DNA of 64,000 nt, taken from Nitrososphaerota archaeon. GTDB taxonomy: Archaea; Thermoproteota; Nitrososphaeria_A; Caldarchaeales; Calditenuaceae. Position numbers and translations under genes: made by a program. The DNA lies in the NCBI GenBank assembly GCA_033581555.1, contig JAVQSZ010000007.1, positions 10,106-74,105 on the forward strand, in the 5' to 3' direction. The notes beneath the pieces were generated by a model that made no database searches, was not told the DNA's origin, and saw nothing but the letters and a program-made list of their open reading frames with translations. Of this stretch, positions 1 through 10,237 are shown piece by piece; the stretch's first letter is position 1; the number at the start of each line of letters is the position of its first letter.

Positions 1-233
1 GCCTCTACAACCCCGAGACGCTAGGCGTCGTGAGGACCCTTAGGTTCACCACGGAGGCCCTGCCCGCGGGAGCCCAGCCTCCCCAAGTGGTCCAGACGCC
101 GACGGCCCCTGCCCCTGCAACCCAGCAGCCTCAGCAGCTCCCGCTGACCCTCGTCGCGGTCGTGGCCGCGGTCGCGGTCGCGGCGGTCTCGGCGGCCCTC
201 GTGGTAGTCGTCATGAGGAGGAGGAAGGGCTAG
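1..233 (+). CDS. 3' fragment of a gene whose product ends in a Pro/Gln-rich linker, a hydrophobic C-terminal anchor and a basic tail. It may be the substrate-binding protein of the downstream ABC system. The 5' end lies outside the window.
   Basis: Frame of ORF 30..233 gives ...QPPQVVQTPTAPAPATQQPQQLP followed by an approximately 25-aa Ala/Val-rich stretch and RRRKG-stop. It is located directly upstream of two ABC permease genes. Confidence 0.3.
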   Translation, partial: LYNPETLGVVRTLRFTTEALPAGAQPPQVVQTPTAPAPATQQPQQLPLTLVAVVAAVAVAAVSAALVVVVMRRRKG

Positions 234-240
234 CGGGCGG

Positions 241-1281
241 ATGATCAGGAGGCTCCTCGCACGCGCCCTGACGCTCACAGCTGTCCTCCTAGTGGTCCTT
301 GTCCTGCTGACCGTGGTCCTCGGCGCCACCGGCTACTCGGACAGGATCGTCCAGTCGATCATCGGGGAGCAGCTCAGGTCGATGAGGGAGGGCTTGGCCC
401 AGAGGATCAGGGACCCGGAGGAGCTGGAGAGGGCGCTCGCGGAGCTGAAGTCGGAGATGGAGCGGGCCTACGGGCTCGACAGGCCCTGGTACGCCAGGAT
501 CCCGGAGACCGTCCTCAGGGTGATGACCCTGGACCTAGGGGACGCGAGGACCGCGAGGAGCACCTCGGGTAGCACGAAGGTCGTCGACATCCTCTCCGAG
601 AGAATCCCGAACACCGTGGTCCTGGTAACGACTTCGCTCCTGATCTCGGCGCTGCTGGGCCTCTACATCGGCGCATCGCTCGCGAAGAGGGTCGGGAGCA
701 GGCTCGAGAGGCTCGTGACTTACCTCTCCGCGGTCTCGAACAGCCTCCCTAGCTGGTGGACGGGGATCCTGCTGCTGATAGTCTTCGCGTACCAGCTCAG
801 GTTCTTCCCGGGTTCCGGGATGCTGAGCAGCCCTCCGCCCGAGGGCGCCCTCGAGAGGGCCCTGGACGTCCTCTGGCACTCGGTCCTCCCGGTCACGACG
901 CTGGTGCTGATCTCGATAGGGCCCTCGATCTACGCCAGCAGGACCCTCCTCCTCAACGTAGCCCAGGAGGACTTCGTCTCGGTCGCGAGGTCCAAGGGCC
1001 TCCCGGAGAGGGTCGTCTCGGTCAGGTACGTCCTCAGGCCGGCCTCGCCCCCCATCGTCACGGGCCTCGCCCTCTCGCTCCCGGCGTCGCTCGGCGGCGC
1101 GATACTCACCGAGACCGTCTTCAACTGGCCAGGGATGGGGAGGCTCTACTACAACGCGGTCGTCATGGGGGACGAGGTCCTGATCGTCGCGCTGACGTAC
1201 CTCTTCACGCTGATGTACGTCGCCGCCAGGTTCGTCCTCGAGGTCCTCTACCAGTTCCTCGACCCGAGGGTGAGAATCTAG
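241..1281 (+). CDS. ABC transporter permease, peptide/nickel family (DppB/OppB-like)
   Basis: 346 aa, N-terminal TM helix then multi-TM core. The C-terminal signature LYQFLDPRVRI is typical of OppB/DppB. It is followed immediately (stop/start abutting) by a DppC-like permease. Confidence 0.8.
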   Translation: MIRRLLARALTLTAVLLVVLVLLTVVLGATGYSDRIVQSIIGEQLRSMREGLAQRIRDPEELERALAELKSEMERAYGLDRPWYARIPETVLRVMTLDLGDARTARSTSGSTKVVDILSERIPNTVVLVTTSLLISALLGLYIGASLAKRVGSRLERLVTYLSAVSNSLPSWWTGILLLIVFAYQLRFFPGSGMLSSPPPEGALERALDVLWHSVLPVTTLVLISIGPSIYASRTLLLNVAQEDFVSVARSKGLPERVVSVRYVLRPASPPIVTGLALSLPASLGGAILTETVFNWPGMGRLYYNAVVMGDEVLIVALTYLFTLMYVAARFVLEVLYQFLDPRVRI

Positions 1282-2670
1282 TTGTCCCCAGAGAGCCCCT
1301 GGAGGCTCCTGATATCGACGTGGTCAGGGAGAGTAGGGGTCTCCCTCCTGATCGCGATGGTCTCGATCTCGGCGCTCGTCCTGCTCCTGATGCCCCTCGA
1401 CTTCGGGACCCGCTACTGGAACGACCCAGCCCACTGGGTGGAGCTGCCGAGGGCCGTCCCGCCGGAGTGGCAAGCGTGGGTCACCGGTTCCCCCTACTTC
1501 CCTCAGACCGAGGTCCGGCTCGCGAAGGTCTCGGAGGACGCCGGGCTGGTCACCTACGCTGCCAGGTTCAGGTACGACCGTGACGCGCTCCCCTCCCATG
1601 CGGTCGTCGTGCTGCGGGGCCTCAGGTTCTCCGGCGACCCGCCTACGGTCGCGGTCGACGTTTACAGGCCCGACGGCCTCCGGCTGCCGCTCGCGAGGGT
1701 CTCGGTCCCACGGCCCTCTCCCTTCGAGGCCCCGCCGTACGTCAGGTGGTCAGACCAGCCCCTGAGGGTAGCACCCGAGGGCTCCCAGGACTTCGCCGCT
1801 GCGCTGAGGGACTGGTTCGCGACCGCTTACCGCGCCGAACTAACCTCTGCCTCCTCGAGGCTCGCCTTCGCGATACCCGCTCCTGAGGGCCCTGCCCCGC
1901 TGAAGGGGGAGTACGTCTTCGTCGCGAGGCTCTTCGGTTCGCCGGGAGACGGGATCGACTCGGTCTCGGTGGTGCTGGGGGGCTCGCACTACGGGCTCGT
2001 CGGGACCGACGTGGTCGGAAGAGACCTCTTCCTCGGGCTCCTCTACGGCTTTCCCGTCGCCCTCGGGATAGGCGCCTTCGCCTCGGTGCTGGTGACCTCG
2101 ATCGGGACGCTCCTCGGCCTCCTCAGCGGTTACTACAGGGGCCTCCTCGAGGAGGCGATCCAGAGAGTCGCTGACGTGATCGCGAACGTCCCCCTCCTCC
2201 CGATTCTCGTCTTCCTCTCCTTCCTCCTCAGGCCGAACATCCTCACGATCATGGCGATCCTGGTGGCCTTCTCGTGGCCGGGGCTCGCGATCGTCGTCAG
2301 GTCGATGGTCCTCCAGGTGGTCGAGATGCCCTTCGTCGAGGCCGCGAAGGCAGGGGGCGCGAGCGACTCGAGGGTGATCCTCCTCCACGTCCTCCCCCAG
2401 ATCGCCCCCTATGTCGCTGCACAGATGGTCTTCTTCGTGCCGTCGGCGATCCTCGCAGAGGCCGGTCTCAGCTTCCTAGGGCTCGGTGACCCGACTATTC
2501 CAACGTGGGGTCAGATACTAGAGCTCGGGTTCAGGACCGGTGCGGTCTTCACGGGGTACTGGTGGTGGGTCATACCTCCGGGCATCCTGCTGATGGTGAC
2601 TGGGGTCGCGTTCGCGTCTCTGGCGCTCGGACTCGAGCCGCTAGTAAACCCGAGGCTCAGGAAGATTTAA
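1282..2670 (+). CDS. ABC transporter permease, DppC/OppC-like, with a long N-terminal extracytoplasmic extension
   Basis: 462 aa. The C-terminal 230 aa is the TM core with an OppC-like end (GLEPLVNPRLRKI). The start codon abuts the upstream permease stop. No ATPase genes follow. Confidence 0.75.
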   Translation: MSPESPWRLLISTWSGRVGVSLLIAMVSISALVLLLMPLDFGTRYWNDPAHWVELPRAVPPEWQAWVTGSPYFPQTEVRLAKVSEDAGLVTYAARFRYDRDALPSHAVVVLRGLRFSGDPPTVAVDVYRPDGLRLPLARVSVPRPSPFEAPPYVRWSDQPLRVAPEGSQDFAAALRDWFATAYRAELTSASSRLAFAIPAPEGPAPLKGEYVFVARLFGSPGDGIDSVSVVLGGSHYGLVGTDVVGRDLFLGLLYGFPVALGIGAFASVLVTSIGTLLGLLSGYYRGLLEEAIQRVADVIANVPLLPILVFLSFLLRPNILTIMAILVAFSWPGLAIVVRSMVLQVVEMPFVEAAKAGGASDSRVILLHVLPQIAPYVAAQMVFFVPSAILAEAGLSFLGLGDPTIPTWGQILELGFRTGAVFTGYWWWVIPPGILLMVTGVAFASLALGLEPLVNPRLRKI

Positions 2671-2698
2671 CGAAGCGCTTTGTGCTGGTCTTCTGTTA

Positions 2699-4876
2699 TC
2701 AGAGCGTTATTATAGAATAGATGAACAGCGGAATGAATACTAAGCTCAGGGTGTTCAGCAGCTTGATGAGGATGTGTAGCGATGGGGCATAGGTGTCCTT
2801 CATCGGGTCCCCGACCGTGTCCCCGACGACCGCGGCCTTGTGGGCGTCGGAACCCTTCCTACCCGCGATCTCGAGGTACTTCTTCGCGTTGTCCATCGCC
2901 GCGCCCCCATAGAACCCGACGATCGCGAGCGGTATCGCGGAGACCGTAGCGCCGATCACCAGCGCTCCCACGGCCCTCCACCCGAGAAGCGCGCCCACCA
3001 GTATCGGGGCGAGCGTGACGACGAGCGTCGGGGTGACCATTAGCCTGAGCGCGGTCTTCGTGGAGATGTCGACGCACCTGCCGTACTCGGGCCTCGCGGC
3101 GCCGTTGAGGAGTCCCGGTATAGTCCGGAACTGCCTCCTGACCTCCTCGACCATCTGGAAGGCCCCAGTAGCGACGGCGTTGACCGCGTACCCCGAGAAG
3201 AGGAACGGGATCATCGCGCCCACGAAGAGTCCTATCAGGACGGTCGGGGAGTTGAGCTGGAGCTGGTTCGAGAGCTGCTCGATCTGGATTAGGAGGTTCC
3301 GGGACTGGGCCGGCGTCAGGTGGCTGAGCTCGATGATCCCCGCGAGGTACCTCCCGACCTCGAGCAGGAACGCCTGGAACAGCAAGAGGGCCGCGAGGGC
3401 CGCCGAACCCATCGCGTAGGACTTCGTTAGGGCCTTCGTCGTGTTGCCCAGCGCGTCCAGGGGCTCGAGCCTGTCTCTGATCTCCTTCGGCGCGTTCGCC
3501 ATCTCAGCTATCCCACCCGCGTTGTCGACGATCGGCCCTACACCGTCCATCGTCAGGACGAAGCCCGCGGTCGAGAGCATACCCATCGTGGCCATCGTGG
3601 TCCCGAAGACTCCGCCCAGGAAGAGGTCCGGGAGGCCGGCAGCCCTAGCCCACTCGACGCCGAGCAAGTAGGAGACGATGATAGCGATCACGACCGTTAT
3701 CACGGGAAGCGCGGTGGAGATCATCCCGACCGCGAGGCCGGAGACCACGGTGAGGGCTGGCCCGGACTCGCTGTTGCTGGCGATCGCGCCCACGTACCTG
3801 GACTTCAGGCTGGTGTAGATCTCGCTGTAGAACATGATGAGGATACCGGCGATCAGCCCGACGATCATCGAGGCGTAGAGCGGTATGAAGTGCGGCCCGA
3901 ATATGATCGAGGAGATCACGTACATCAGCGCGGCCGCGACGACCGACGTTACGATCAGCCCGTTCCTGAGGGGTTCGATCGCGTCCCTGAAGCCCCTCTG
4001 GAAGACCGCCCACCCGACTCCCGCTAGCGTCGCGACTACGCCGACGGCCCTTACCAAGAGCGGCATCACGACGTAGTCCTCGTTGATCTTCTGGAAGAGG
4101 ACTATCGAGACCATCAGCGCGATGATCATGCCTCCGAGGTTCTCTGCGGTCACGGACTCGAAGAGGTCGGCTCCCCTACCCGCCTCGTCGCCGACGTTGT
4201 CGCCCACCTGGTCCGCGATCACCGCCGGGTTCCTCGGGTCGTCCTCGGGTATCCCGACCTCGACCTTGCCGACGAGGTCTGCGCCGATGTCGGCGCTCTT
4301 CGTGTAGATCCCGCCCCCGAGCTGCGCGAAGAGGGCCGCGAGGCTCGCCCCGAACCCGAAGCCCGCCAGGATGCCGGGGTCCCTGAAGACCCAGTAGAGG
4401 ATTGAGAGGCCCAGCAGGCTCATCGCGATGACCGCGAGCCCGAGAGCCGCGCCCCCGAGCGTCGCGACCCTGAGCGAGGAGACCGAGTCCTTGGAGGCGG
4501 CGTAGGCGGTCCTGACGTTGGCCCTAGTCGCGGAGTCCATCGCGATGCTCGCGGCTATCAGCGAGAAGGTCACGCCGAGCAGGAAGCTGCCGCCGATCGA
4601 GAGGCCGTACCAGAGCCCACCCATCGCGGGGAAGGCGCTGAAGCTCCCGACTATCAAGAGGAAGATGAAAGCCGCGATGACGTAGATCGTCTTGTACTGC
4701 CTCTTCAGGTAGGCGGCCGAGCCCTCCCTGATCGCGGCCCAGACGGAGACGAAGGGCTCGGGGCCCTTCGGGTACCTCTCGACAAGCATCACGAACGCGA
4801 CCGCCGTCAGCGCTCCGAGGGCTCCAAGGGCCGTGGTGAGGACCATCGGGTCTATCCACATCGCTTTCGGACTCAC
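2699..4876 (-). CDS. hppA: Membrane-bound proton-translocating pyrophosphatase (V-type H+-PPase)
   Basis: 725 aa polytopic membrane protein with diagnostic motifs GDNVGDEAGRGADLFES, DNAGGIAEM and VGDTVGDPMKDTYAPSLHILIKL. Confidence 0.93.
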   Translation of the reverse strand: MSPKAMWIDPMVLTTALGALGALTAVAFVMLVERYPKGPEPFVSVWAAIREGSAAYLKRQYKTIYVIAAFIFLLIVGSFSAFPAMGGLWYGLSIGGSFLLGVTFSLIAASIAMDSATRANVRTAYAASKDSVSSLRVATLGGAALGLAVIAMSLLGLSILYWVFRDPGILAGFGFGASLAALFAQLGGGIYTKSADIGADLVGKVEVGIPEDDPRNPAVIADQVGDNVGDEAGRGADLFESVTAENLGGMIIALMVSIVLFQKINEDYVVMPLLVRAVGVVATLAGVGWAVFQRGFRDAIEPLRNGLIVTSVVAAALMYVISSIIFGPHFIPLYASMIVGLIAGILIMFYSEIYTSLKSRYVGAIASNSESGPALTVVSGLAVGMISTALPVITVVIAIIVSYLLGVEWARAAGLPDLFLGGVFGTTMATMGMLSTAGFVLTMDGVGPIVDNAGGIAEMANAPKEIRDRLEPLDALGNTTKALTKSYAMGSAALAALLLFQAFLLEVGRYLAGIIELSHLTPAQSRNLLIQIEQLSNQLQLNSPTVLIGLFVGAMIPFLFSGYAVNAVATGAFQMVEEVRRQFRTIPGLLNGAARPEYGRCVDISTKTALRLMVTPTLVVTLAPILVGALLGWRAVGALVIGATVSAIPLAIVGFYGGAAMDNAKKYLEIAGRKGSDAHKAAVVGDTVGDPMKDTYAPSLHILIKLLNTLSLVFIPLFIYSIITL

Positions 4877-4998
4877 GTTTCGCAGAGATTTAAACCGAAC
4901 CCGGCACGGTTATCGGTAGTTAAATGGCGGGCACGCGTCCGCGGAAAGCGGGTCCCACCGCGGAGCGAAAAAGGGTCCCCGGCGAAGGGTTGGCTCGG

Positions 4999-5424
4999 TT
5001 ACGGCGGATAGATCTTGATCGCGAGCACCGGGCAGGCGGACTCGCAGGCCATGCAGAAGATGCAGTCGGACTCCCTGACCGGGTCGGACTTGTCGGTCCT
5101 GTACTTCTCCCAGAGCTCCCTGTCGTTGTTCGGGTCGATCACCTTGTCCTTGCCGGAGCCCGACTGGCCGGGGTTGAGGAACCACTCGAAGACGTTGACC
5201 GGACAGACGTCCATGCAGGCCCCGTCGGCGACGCACGAGTCCCAGTCGACCGCGACGACCGATCCGTGTATCCCTAACTTCGTCGGGTAGGGCTTGCCCT
5301 CCGCGTCCAACCTCTGGACGCCCTCGCCCCAGACGTCGTGGTTGTGGTGCGTCCCGGTCTTGGTGAGCTTGTTCTTGAAGTCAGGGTCGATCGGCGCCGA
5401 CTTGAAGTCTACCTGCCTGACCAT
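4999..5424 (-). CDS. Zinc-containing dicluster ferredoxin (Sulfolobus type, [3Fe-4S][4Fe-4S] with His-rich N-terminal extension)
   Basis: LGIHGSVVAVDWDSCVADGACMDVCPVNVFEW ... CIFCMACESACPVLAIKIYPP closely parallels the Sulfolobus Zn-ferredoxin core. The N-terminal extension carries His residues (THHNH). Confidence 0.85.
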   Translation of the reverse strand: MVRQVDFKSAPIDPDFKNKLTKTGTHHNHDVWGEGVQRLDAEGKPYPTKLGIHGSVVAVDWDSCVADGACMDVCPVNVFEWFLNPGQSGSGKDKVIDPNNDRELWEKYRTDKSDPVRESDCIFCMACESACPVLAIKIYPP

Positions 5425-5540
5425 GTCACGACTCGCTCTCTAACGCTCCGTGATATAGTTTACATCAGAGAGCGCCCGTGGAGCTTCCACAAACGGCCCT
5501 GGCGAAAGGCGGATAAGATCGGCGCTGCGACCCACATCGG

Positions 5541-6113
5541 ATGAGGATAGCCCTGGACCTCGACGGCGTGCTGGCGAACACGATGAAGGTCTGGCTGGAG
5601 ATCTGGAACGCGGAGCGGTTCCCCAGGCTCGAGTACGAGTCGGTCGACGAGTGGGACTTCTGGAAGAGGCTCGGGATAACGGAGGCCGAGTTCGGGGCGA
5701 TGTTCTCCAGGGCGTGGAGCAGGTGGCCCGAGATACCTCCGGCCGAGGACCGGCTGGCCGAGAAGGTCAGGGCGCTCTCGGAGCTCGGGAAGGTCGACGT
5801 TGTCACGGGGAGACCGAAGGAGGACGAGCGTCACATCAGGTCGTGGCTGGAGCTCCACTCGGTCGAGTACAGGGCCCTGGTGATAGGCGTGGCGAGGAAG
5901 GCGGAGCTCGGTTACGACGTCTACATCGACGACTCGCCGAGGCTCGCGGAGGACCTGGTCGGGAGGAGGGGGGTGCTGCTCCTCAGGGACCAGCCCTGGA
6001 ACAAGAGCGTGCGTGATGACTCCAAGGTCAGGAGGATAAGGGGCCTCGAGGACGCGATCGGAATCCTCGGCGGCGAGGGAGTCACCGGGCCGCGGCGACG
6101 GCGTACGCCTTGA
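5541..6113 (+). CDS. HAD-superfamily hydrolase, 5'(3')-deoxyribonucleotidase-like
   Basis: N-terminal DLDGVL (DxDxV/T) motif at residues 6-11. It is approximately 180 aa in size, with a C-terminal YIDD-like motif. Confidence 0.55.
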   Translation: MRIALDLDGVLANTMKVWLEIWNAERFPRLEYESVDEWDFWKRLGITEAEFGAMFSRAWSRWPEIPPAEDRLAEKVRALSELGKVDVVTGRPKEDERHIRSWLELHSVEYRALVIGVARKAELGYDVYIDDSPRLAEDLVGRRGVLLLRDQPWNKSVRDDSKVRRIRGLEDAIGILGGEGVTGPRRRRTP

Positions 6114-8217
6114 TCCTCTCCGCGAGCCTCGGGCCTATGCCCGGTACGGCCTGGAGCCTCTCGACGGGCGCCTCGGCGATCTCCCTGAGGGACCTGAAGC
6201 CGTTCCTCCAGAGCTCCCTCCCCCTCACCCTTCCGACCTCGGGGATCGAGACAAGCTCCAGTATGTCGGGCTTGACGCCGTGCTTGATCCGCTCCGCCAG
6301 CTCCGCGAACCTCGAGGCGAGTCCCCTCCTCCCCGCGACCCTGAGCACTTGGCCAGCGGAGTACGCGATCCACTCTGCCCTCTCCCTCAGGACCGCGAAG
6401 TCCCCGGGCTCGATCCTCATCCTCTCGTAGATCTCCCTCTCCCTGGTCTCCTCGATCCACTCCGCGAGCGTCAAGGCGATCGCGAGGCCATCGAGGTAGA
6501 GCTCGTAGTCGTCGGGCGAGTCATCGGGGTCGGGGAGCTGAGGCAGGACTCGTCGGTTCTCCTCAGCGACCTTCGAGAGGACCGACCTGGGGACGCCGGG
6601 CACCGGGACGTCCTGCATGTCCGGGACGATCGAGACGACCGCGAGCATGGCGAGCTCCTCGGGGACGAAGTCGCCGGACGTCAGCTCCAGCGTCCTCACC
6701 GCGGTCATCGGGTCGATGTAGAGCTCCGAGACCCTCTTGCCCAATGGGGTCACTTCGATCCCCGCGCCCCTCCTGATCATCCCGTTCTCCTCGAGGAACT
6801 CGAGGACGGGCCCGACCCTGTTCCGGAGGACGCCAGGCCCGTACTGGTGCGCGAAGAAGGTCCTCCCGAGGATCCTGTGGAGCGAGGGCTCGTCGGTCGC
6901 GATCCCCGACGCCACGAGGGAGAGGACGTGCGACCTGAGGTGCCTCTCGCTGGCCAGGGCCGACCAGACCCTCTCGGGCTCGCCGAGGACGTACGCGTTC
7001 ATCAGCTCCCGGGCAGCGCTGGGCGTCCTCGCGATGAGGACCGCGTAACCGACCCTGTCGTACTTCGGCCTCCCGGCCCTCCCGCAGAGCTGCTTGTACT
7101 CCATCACGCTCAGCTCATCGTACCTCCCACCACCGGCGTACTTCCGGTACTCGGGGATCACGACCGTCCTCGCGGGGAGGTTCACGCCTGCCGCCAGCGT
7201 CGTGGTCGCGCAGAGCACTCTGAGGGCCCTAGACCTGAAGGCCTCCTCGACTAAGGACCTGTGGTGGAAGCTGAGGCCCGCGTGGTGGAACGCGACGCCC
7301 CTCGAGATGAGCGCGGCCAGCTGCTCGCTGAAGGGCGAGTCCCGGTCCTCGAGAGCCCTCGCGACGTACCGGCTCAGCTCCTCGCCGTCGCCGAGCTCGA
7401 CCAGGGACCCAGCGATCCTCTTCGCGTAGGCTTCAGCCTTCCTCCTGGTCATCGCGAAGACGAGGACTTGGCCGTTGTCCCTGAGCCCCTCCCTCACCGC
7501 AGCCAGCAGCCCGTCGCCGCCCTCCCCGACCTGCTTCGAGGTGCCGTCGGAGAAGAGGACCCTTCCATCGCTCTCGACGAGGACGCCCTCCCTCAACGGG
7601 ACCGGCCTGAAGTCGGACCTGACGAGCTCCGCGCCGAGCCATCGAGCCAACTCATCTGCGTTCCGAATCGTCGCGCTCAGGCAGAGGACCTGCGGCTCTC
7701 CGAGGACCTCGAGGAGCTTCGCGACCGTCATCTCCAGCGTCGGGCCCCTCTCCCCGTCGCCGATCATGTGGACCTCGTCGACCACTACCAGCCTGACCTT
7801 CCCGAGCCAGGGCGCACCGTGCCTGACCAGACTGTCCGCCTTCTCGTAGGTCGCTACGATCAGGTCGCTGTCGGAGAGCCAGTCGCCCCTGTCCTCGTAG
7901 TCGCCGGACGCAGCTCTGACCCTCACCCTCATCCCAGCCTCGCCGAAGAGGCGCGAGAACTCGGCGACCTTCTCGGTCGTGAGGGCCCTGAGGGGCGTAA
8001 GGTAGAGGACCTTCCACCCCTCCGAGAGGTGCCTGTAGGCCGCGAGGAGCGCGAGGAGCGTCTTCCCGGAGGCGGTGGGCGCGGAGACGACCATGCTCTT
8101 CCCCTCCATCAGCCCACGCTCGATCGCGACTACCTGGTGGGGGTAAAGCCGCTCGACGCCCTCCGACCTGAGCGCCCTCTTCATCCCCTCGGAGACCTGA
8201 AGGGCCTCGACTTCCAA
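6082..8217 (-). CDS. hel308: ATP-dependent DNA helicase Hel308/Hjm (Ski2-like)
   Basis: 711 aa with Walker A APTASGKT, DEAH-like VVDEVHMIGD, a ratchet/winged-helix region and a C-terminal HhH domain. It lies directly downstream of mcm on the same strand. Confidence 0.9.
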   Translation of the reverse strand: MEVEALQVSEGMKRALRSEGVERLYPHQVVAIERGLMEGKSMVVSAPTASGKTLLALLAAYRHLSEGWKVLYLTPLRALTTEKVAEFSRLFGEAGMRVRVRAASGDYEDRGDWLSDSDLIVATYEKADSLVRHGAPWLGKVRLVVVDEVHMIGDGERGPTLEMTVAKLLEVLGEPQVLCLSATIRNADELARWLGAELVRSDFRPVPLREGVLVESDGRVLFSDGTSKQVGEGGDGLLAAVREGLRDNGQVLVFAMTRRKAEAYAKRIAGSLVELGDGEELSRYVARALEDRDSPFSEQLAALISRGVAFHHAGLSFHHRSLVEEAFRSRALRVLCATTTLAAGVNLPARTVVIPEYRKYAGGGRYDELSVMEYKQLCGRAGRPKYDRVGYAVLIARTPSAARELMNAYVLGEPERVWSALASERHLRSHVLSLVASGIATDEPSLHRILGRTFFAHQYGPGVLRNRVGPVLEFLEENGMIRRGAGIEVTPLGKRVSELYIDPMTAVRTLELTSGDFVPEELAMLAVVSIVPDMQDVPVPGVPRSVLSKVAEENRRVLPQLPDPDDSPDDYELYLDGLAIALTLAEWIEETREREIYERMRIEPGDFAVLRERAEWIAYSAGQVLRVAGRRGLASRFAELAERIKHGVKPDILELVSIPEVGRVRGRELWRNGFRSLREIAEAPVERLQAVPGIGPRLAERIKAYAVAAAR

Positions 8218-8230
8218 GCCCCGAGCACCA

Positions 8231-10237
8231 TCAGGTTACCCTGTAGGTCCCGGGCTTCGGCGAGTAGATCCTGCCGTCTGAGATCATCCTGCTCAGTATC
8301 CTGTCGATCTCGGACCTGCTCAGCCCCTTCTCGGCCAGCTCCTGCCTGAGCGCGTTGTCGTCGGCGTAGCCGTGCTGCTGCTGGAGCCTCTTGATCGCGT
8401 CCAGGACCATCGTCAGCTTCTCCCTCACGCTCAGCGGCTTCCCGGACATGATCACGTCGATGTCGGGCTTCCCGGTCTCCACGTCGATCCCCACCTCCGA
8501 CAGACTCCTCTTCATCAGCCGTATCGCGACCTGCGCGTCCTCCTTCGTCACGGATTCCCTCAGGAGGGCCCTCGCCCTGGCCTCGGCGAGCCTCACCAGC
8601 GACTCGAGCTGCCTCGCGGTGATCGCGACCGTCGAGGTCCTCTCGTAGACCGACCTCATCTGGAGGTAGAACTGCTGGATCTCCTTGGCCGCCTCTTCGG
8701 TCAGGACCGGGTTGAACTTCTTCGCGAAGGCGATGTACCTCTTCAGCGTGTCCGGGGGTATCGGGGCGGCCTCGGCAGGGGCCCTGTTCAGGTGGAGGGA
8801 GATCATGTGAGAGGAGACCCTCCTGTCGACCTCGGGGTTCGGCTCGTCCCTCAGGACGAAGATCAAGTCGAACCTGCTGAGGAGCGTCACGGGCAGGTTC
8901 ACGTTCTCGTTGAAGGGCCTGTAGGGGTCGTACCTCCCGAGCTCCGGGTTCGCCGCGGCCAGTATGCTGCACCTCGCGTTCAGGGTCGCGACTATTCCGC
9001 CCTTCGCGATGCTCACGGTCTGGTTGGCCATCACCTCGTGCATCGCGACCCTGTCCTCCGGCCTCATCTTGTCGATCTCGTCGACGACGCAGACGCCCAT
9101 GTCCGCGAGGACCGTCGCGCCCGCCTCCAGCACCATCCCGCCTCCCTGCTCCCTGATCACGGCGGCCGTGAGGCCGGCGGCCGTCGAGCCCCTTCCGGTG
9201 GTGTAGACGCCCCTCGGAGCGATCTGGGCGGCGTGGAGCAGCAGCGTCGACTTCGCGGTCCCAGGGTCTCCCACGAGGAGCAAATGGACGTCGCCTCTGA
9301 CCCTCACGCCGTCGGGGAAGACCTTCTGCCTCGCGCCGACCAGCGCAAGCAGTATCGCCTCCTTGATCGCCTCGTGGCCGTAGATCGAGGGGGCTATCGA
9401 GGCGATCAGCCTCTCGTAGAACCCGGGCTCCGACGCCATCCTCTTGAACTCCTTCTCGTCCTCGGGTGAGACGGCGAGCGACTCGAGCTCCTTCCCCCTC
9501 GTCTCCAGCGAGACCGCCTCGATCCTCATCTTCAGCTGCCCGGTGGGCGCGCCTCCCCTGCTCTCCGCGACCGCCCTCACGACGCCGCAGACCGTCACCC
9601 TGTCGCCGGGCGCGGCCGTGTCGACGATGTCCTCGGTCAGCGAGACCTCGATCGTCCTGGGGAGCTGGCCGGGCGGGAGCTCCTCGGGCTTCTCCTGGAG
9701 GCCGAGCAGCTGGGAGTCGGTGTACTCGGTCTTCTCCTCGAGCCTCTCCATAGCGGGCCTCCTCTCGGCGCACCGGGGGTTCGAGCACCTAGGGGCTCCC
9801 CTCCAGCCCTCGACGTCGTACTCCCTCCCGCAGTTCCTGCACCTGTAAAAGGCCCTGACCACCACAGGCCTGACCGTCGTCGCCCTGACGACGATCCCGT
9901 CGACCATGACGAGCCTCCCGAGGTGCGCGGACCTGATCGCCCTGACGCTGAGCGCCTCCGGGAGCCCCCTGACCCTAGCCCTGAACCGTTTCCCGAACTG
10001 CTCGGGGAACTCGATCCTGACCTGCTCGGTGAGCGCCGCGTCCAGCACCGCAAGGTGTCTGTCTGGGTGCTCGAGGAGGGCCGAAGCGAACCCCGAGTCG
10101 AAGACCGCGATGTCCGGGAAGTCCACCGGGACCGATCTCCTGTTGGAGAGGACGGCCCTCGCTATCAGGTCCCTGTACTTATCCCGCTTGAAGAGCTCGA
10201 CGAGCCTCTCCTCGACCGGCTGTCCGCCCACTGCCAT
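8231..10237 (-). CDS. mcm: Replicative helicase MCM
   Basis: 668 aa with N-terminal Zn finger CRNCG...CSNPRC, Walker A GDPGTAKS, Walker B/arginine finger CVVDEIDKM, and a C-terminal winged helix. Confidence 0.95.
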   Translation of the reverse strand: MAVGGQPVEERLVELFKRDKYRDLIARAVLSNRRSVPVDFPDIAVFDSGFASALLEHPDRHLAVLDAALTEQVRIEFPEQFGKRFRARVRGLPEALSVRAIRSAHLGRLVMVDGIVVRATTVRPVVVRAFYRCRNCGREYDVEGWRGAPRCSNPRCAERRPAMERLEEKTEYTDSQLLGLQEKPEELPPGQLPRTIEVSLTEDIVDTAAPGDRVTVCGVVRAVAESRGGAPTGQLKMRIEAVSLETRGKELESLAVSPEDEKEFKRMASEPGFYERLIASIAPSIYGHEAIKEAILLALVGARQKVFPDGVRVRGDVHLLLVGDPGTAKSTLLLHAAQIAPRGVYTTGRGSTAAGLTAAVIREQGGGMVLEAGATVLADMGVCVVDEIDKMRPEDRVAMHEVMANQTVSIAKGGIVATLNARCSILAAANPELGRYDPYRPFNENVNLPVTLLSRFDLIFVLRDEPNPEVDRRVSSHMISLHLNRAPAEAAPIPPDTLKRYIAFAKKFNPVLTEEAAKEIQQFYLQMRSVYERTSTVAITARQLESLVRLAEARARALLRESVTKEDAQVAIRLMKRSLSEVGIDVETGKPDIDVIMSGKPLSVREKLTMVLDAIKRLQQQHGYADDNALRQELAEKGLSRSEIDRILSRMISDGRIYSPKPGTYRVT

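Noticed and set aside
4880-4900. TTTAAAT element upstream of the pyrophosphatase gene as its TATA box
   Set aside because: It is centred only about 15 nt from the ATG, too close for an archaeal TATA box relative to a leaderless start. Not called.
7261-8349. 362-aa + strand ORF spanning the hel308/mcm junction
   Set aside because: Antisense to two motif-rich helicase genes, with a low-complexity translation.
8181-9788. 535-aa ORF antisense to mcm, with an Arg/Gly/Glu/Asp-rich translation
   Set aside because: Typical GC-driven open frame. It lies opposite a gene with unmistakable MCM motifs, is low-complexity and has no domain.
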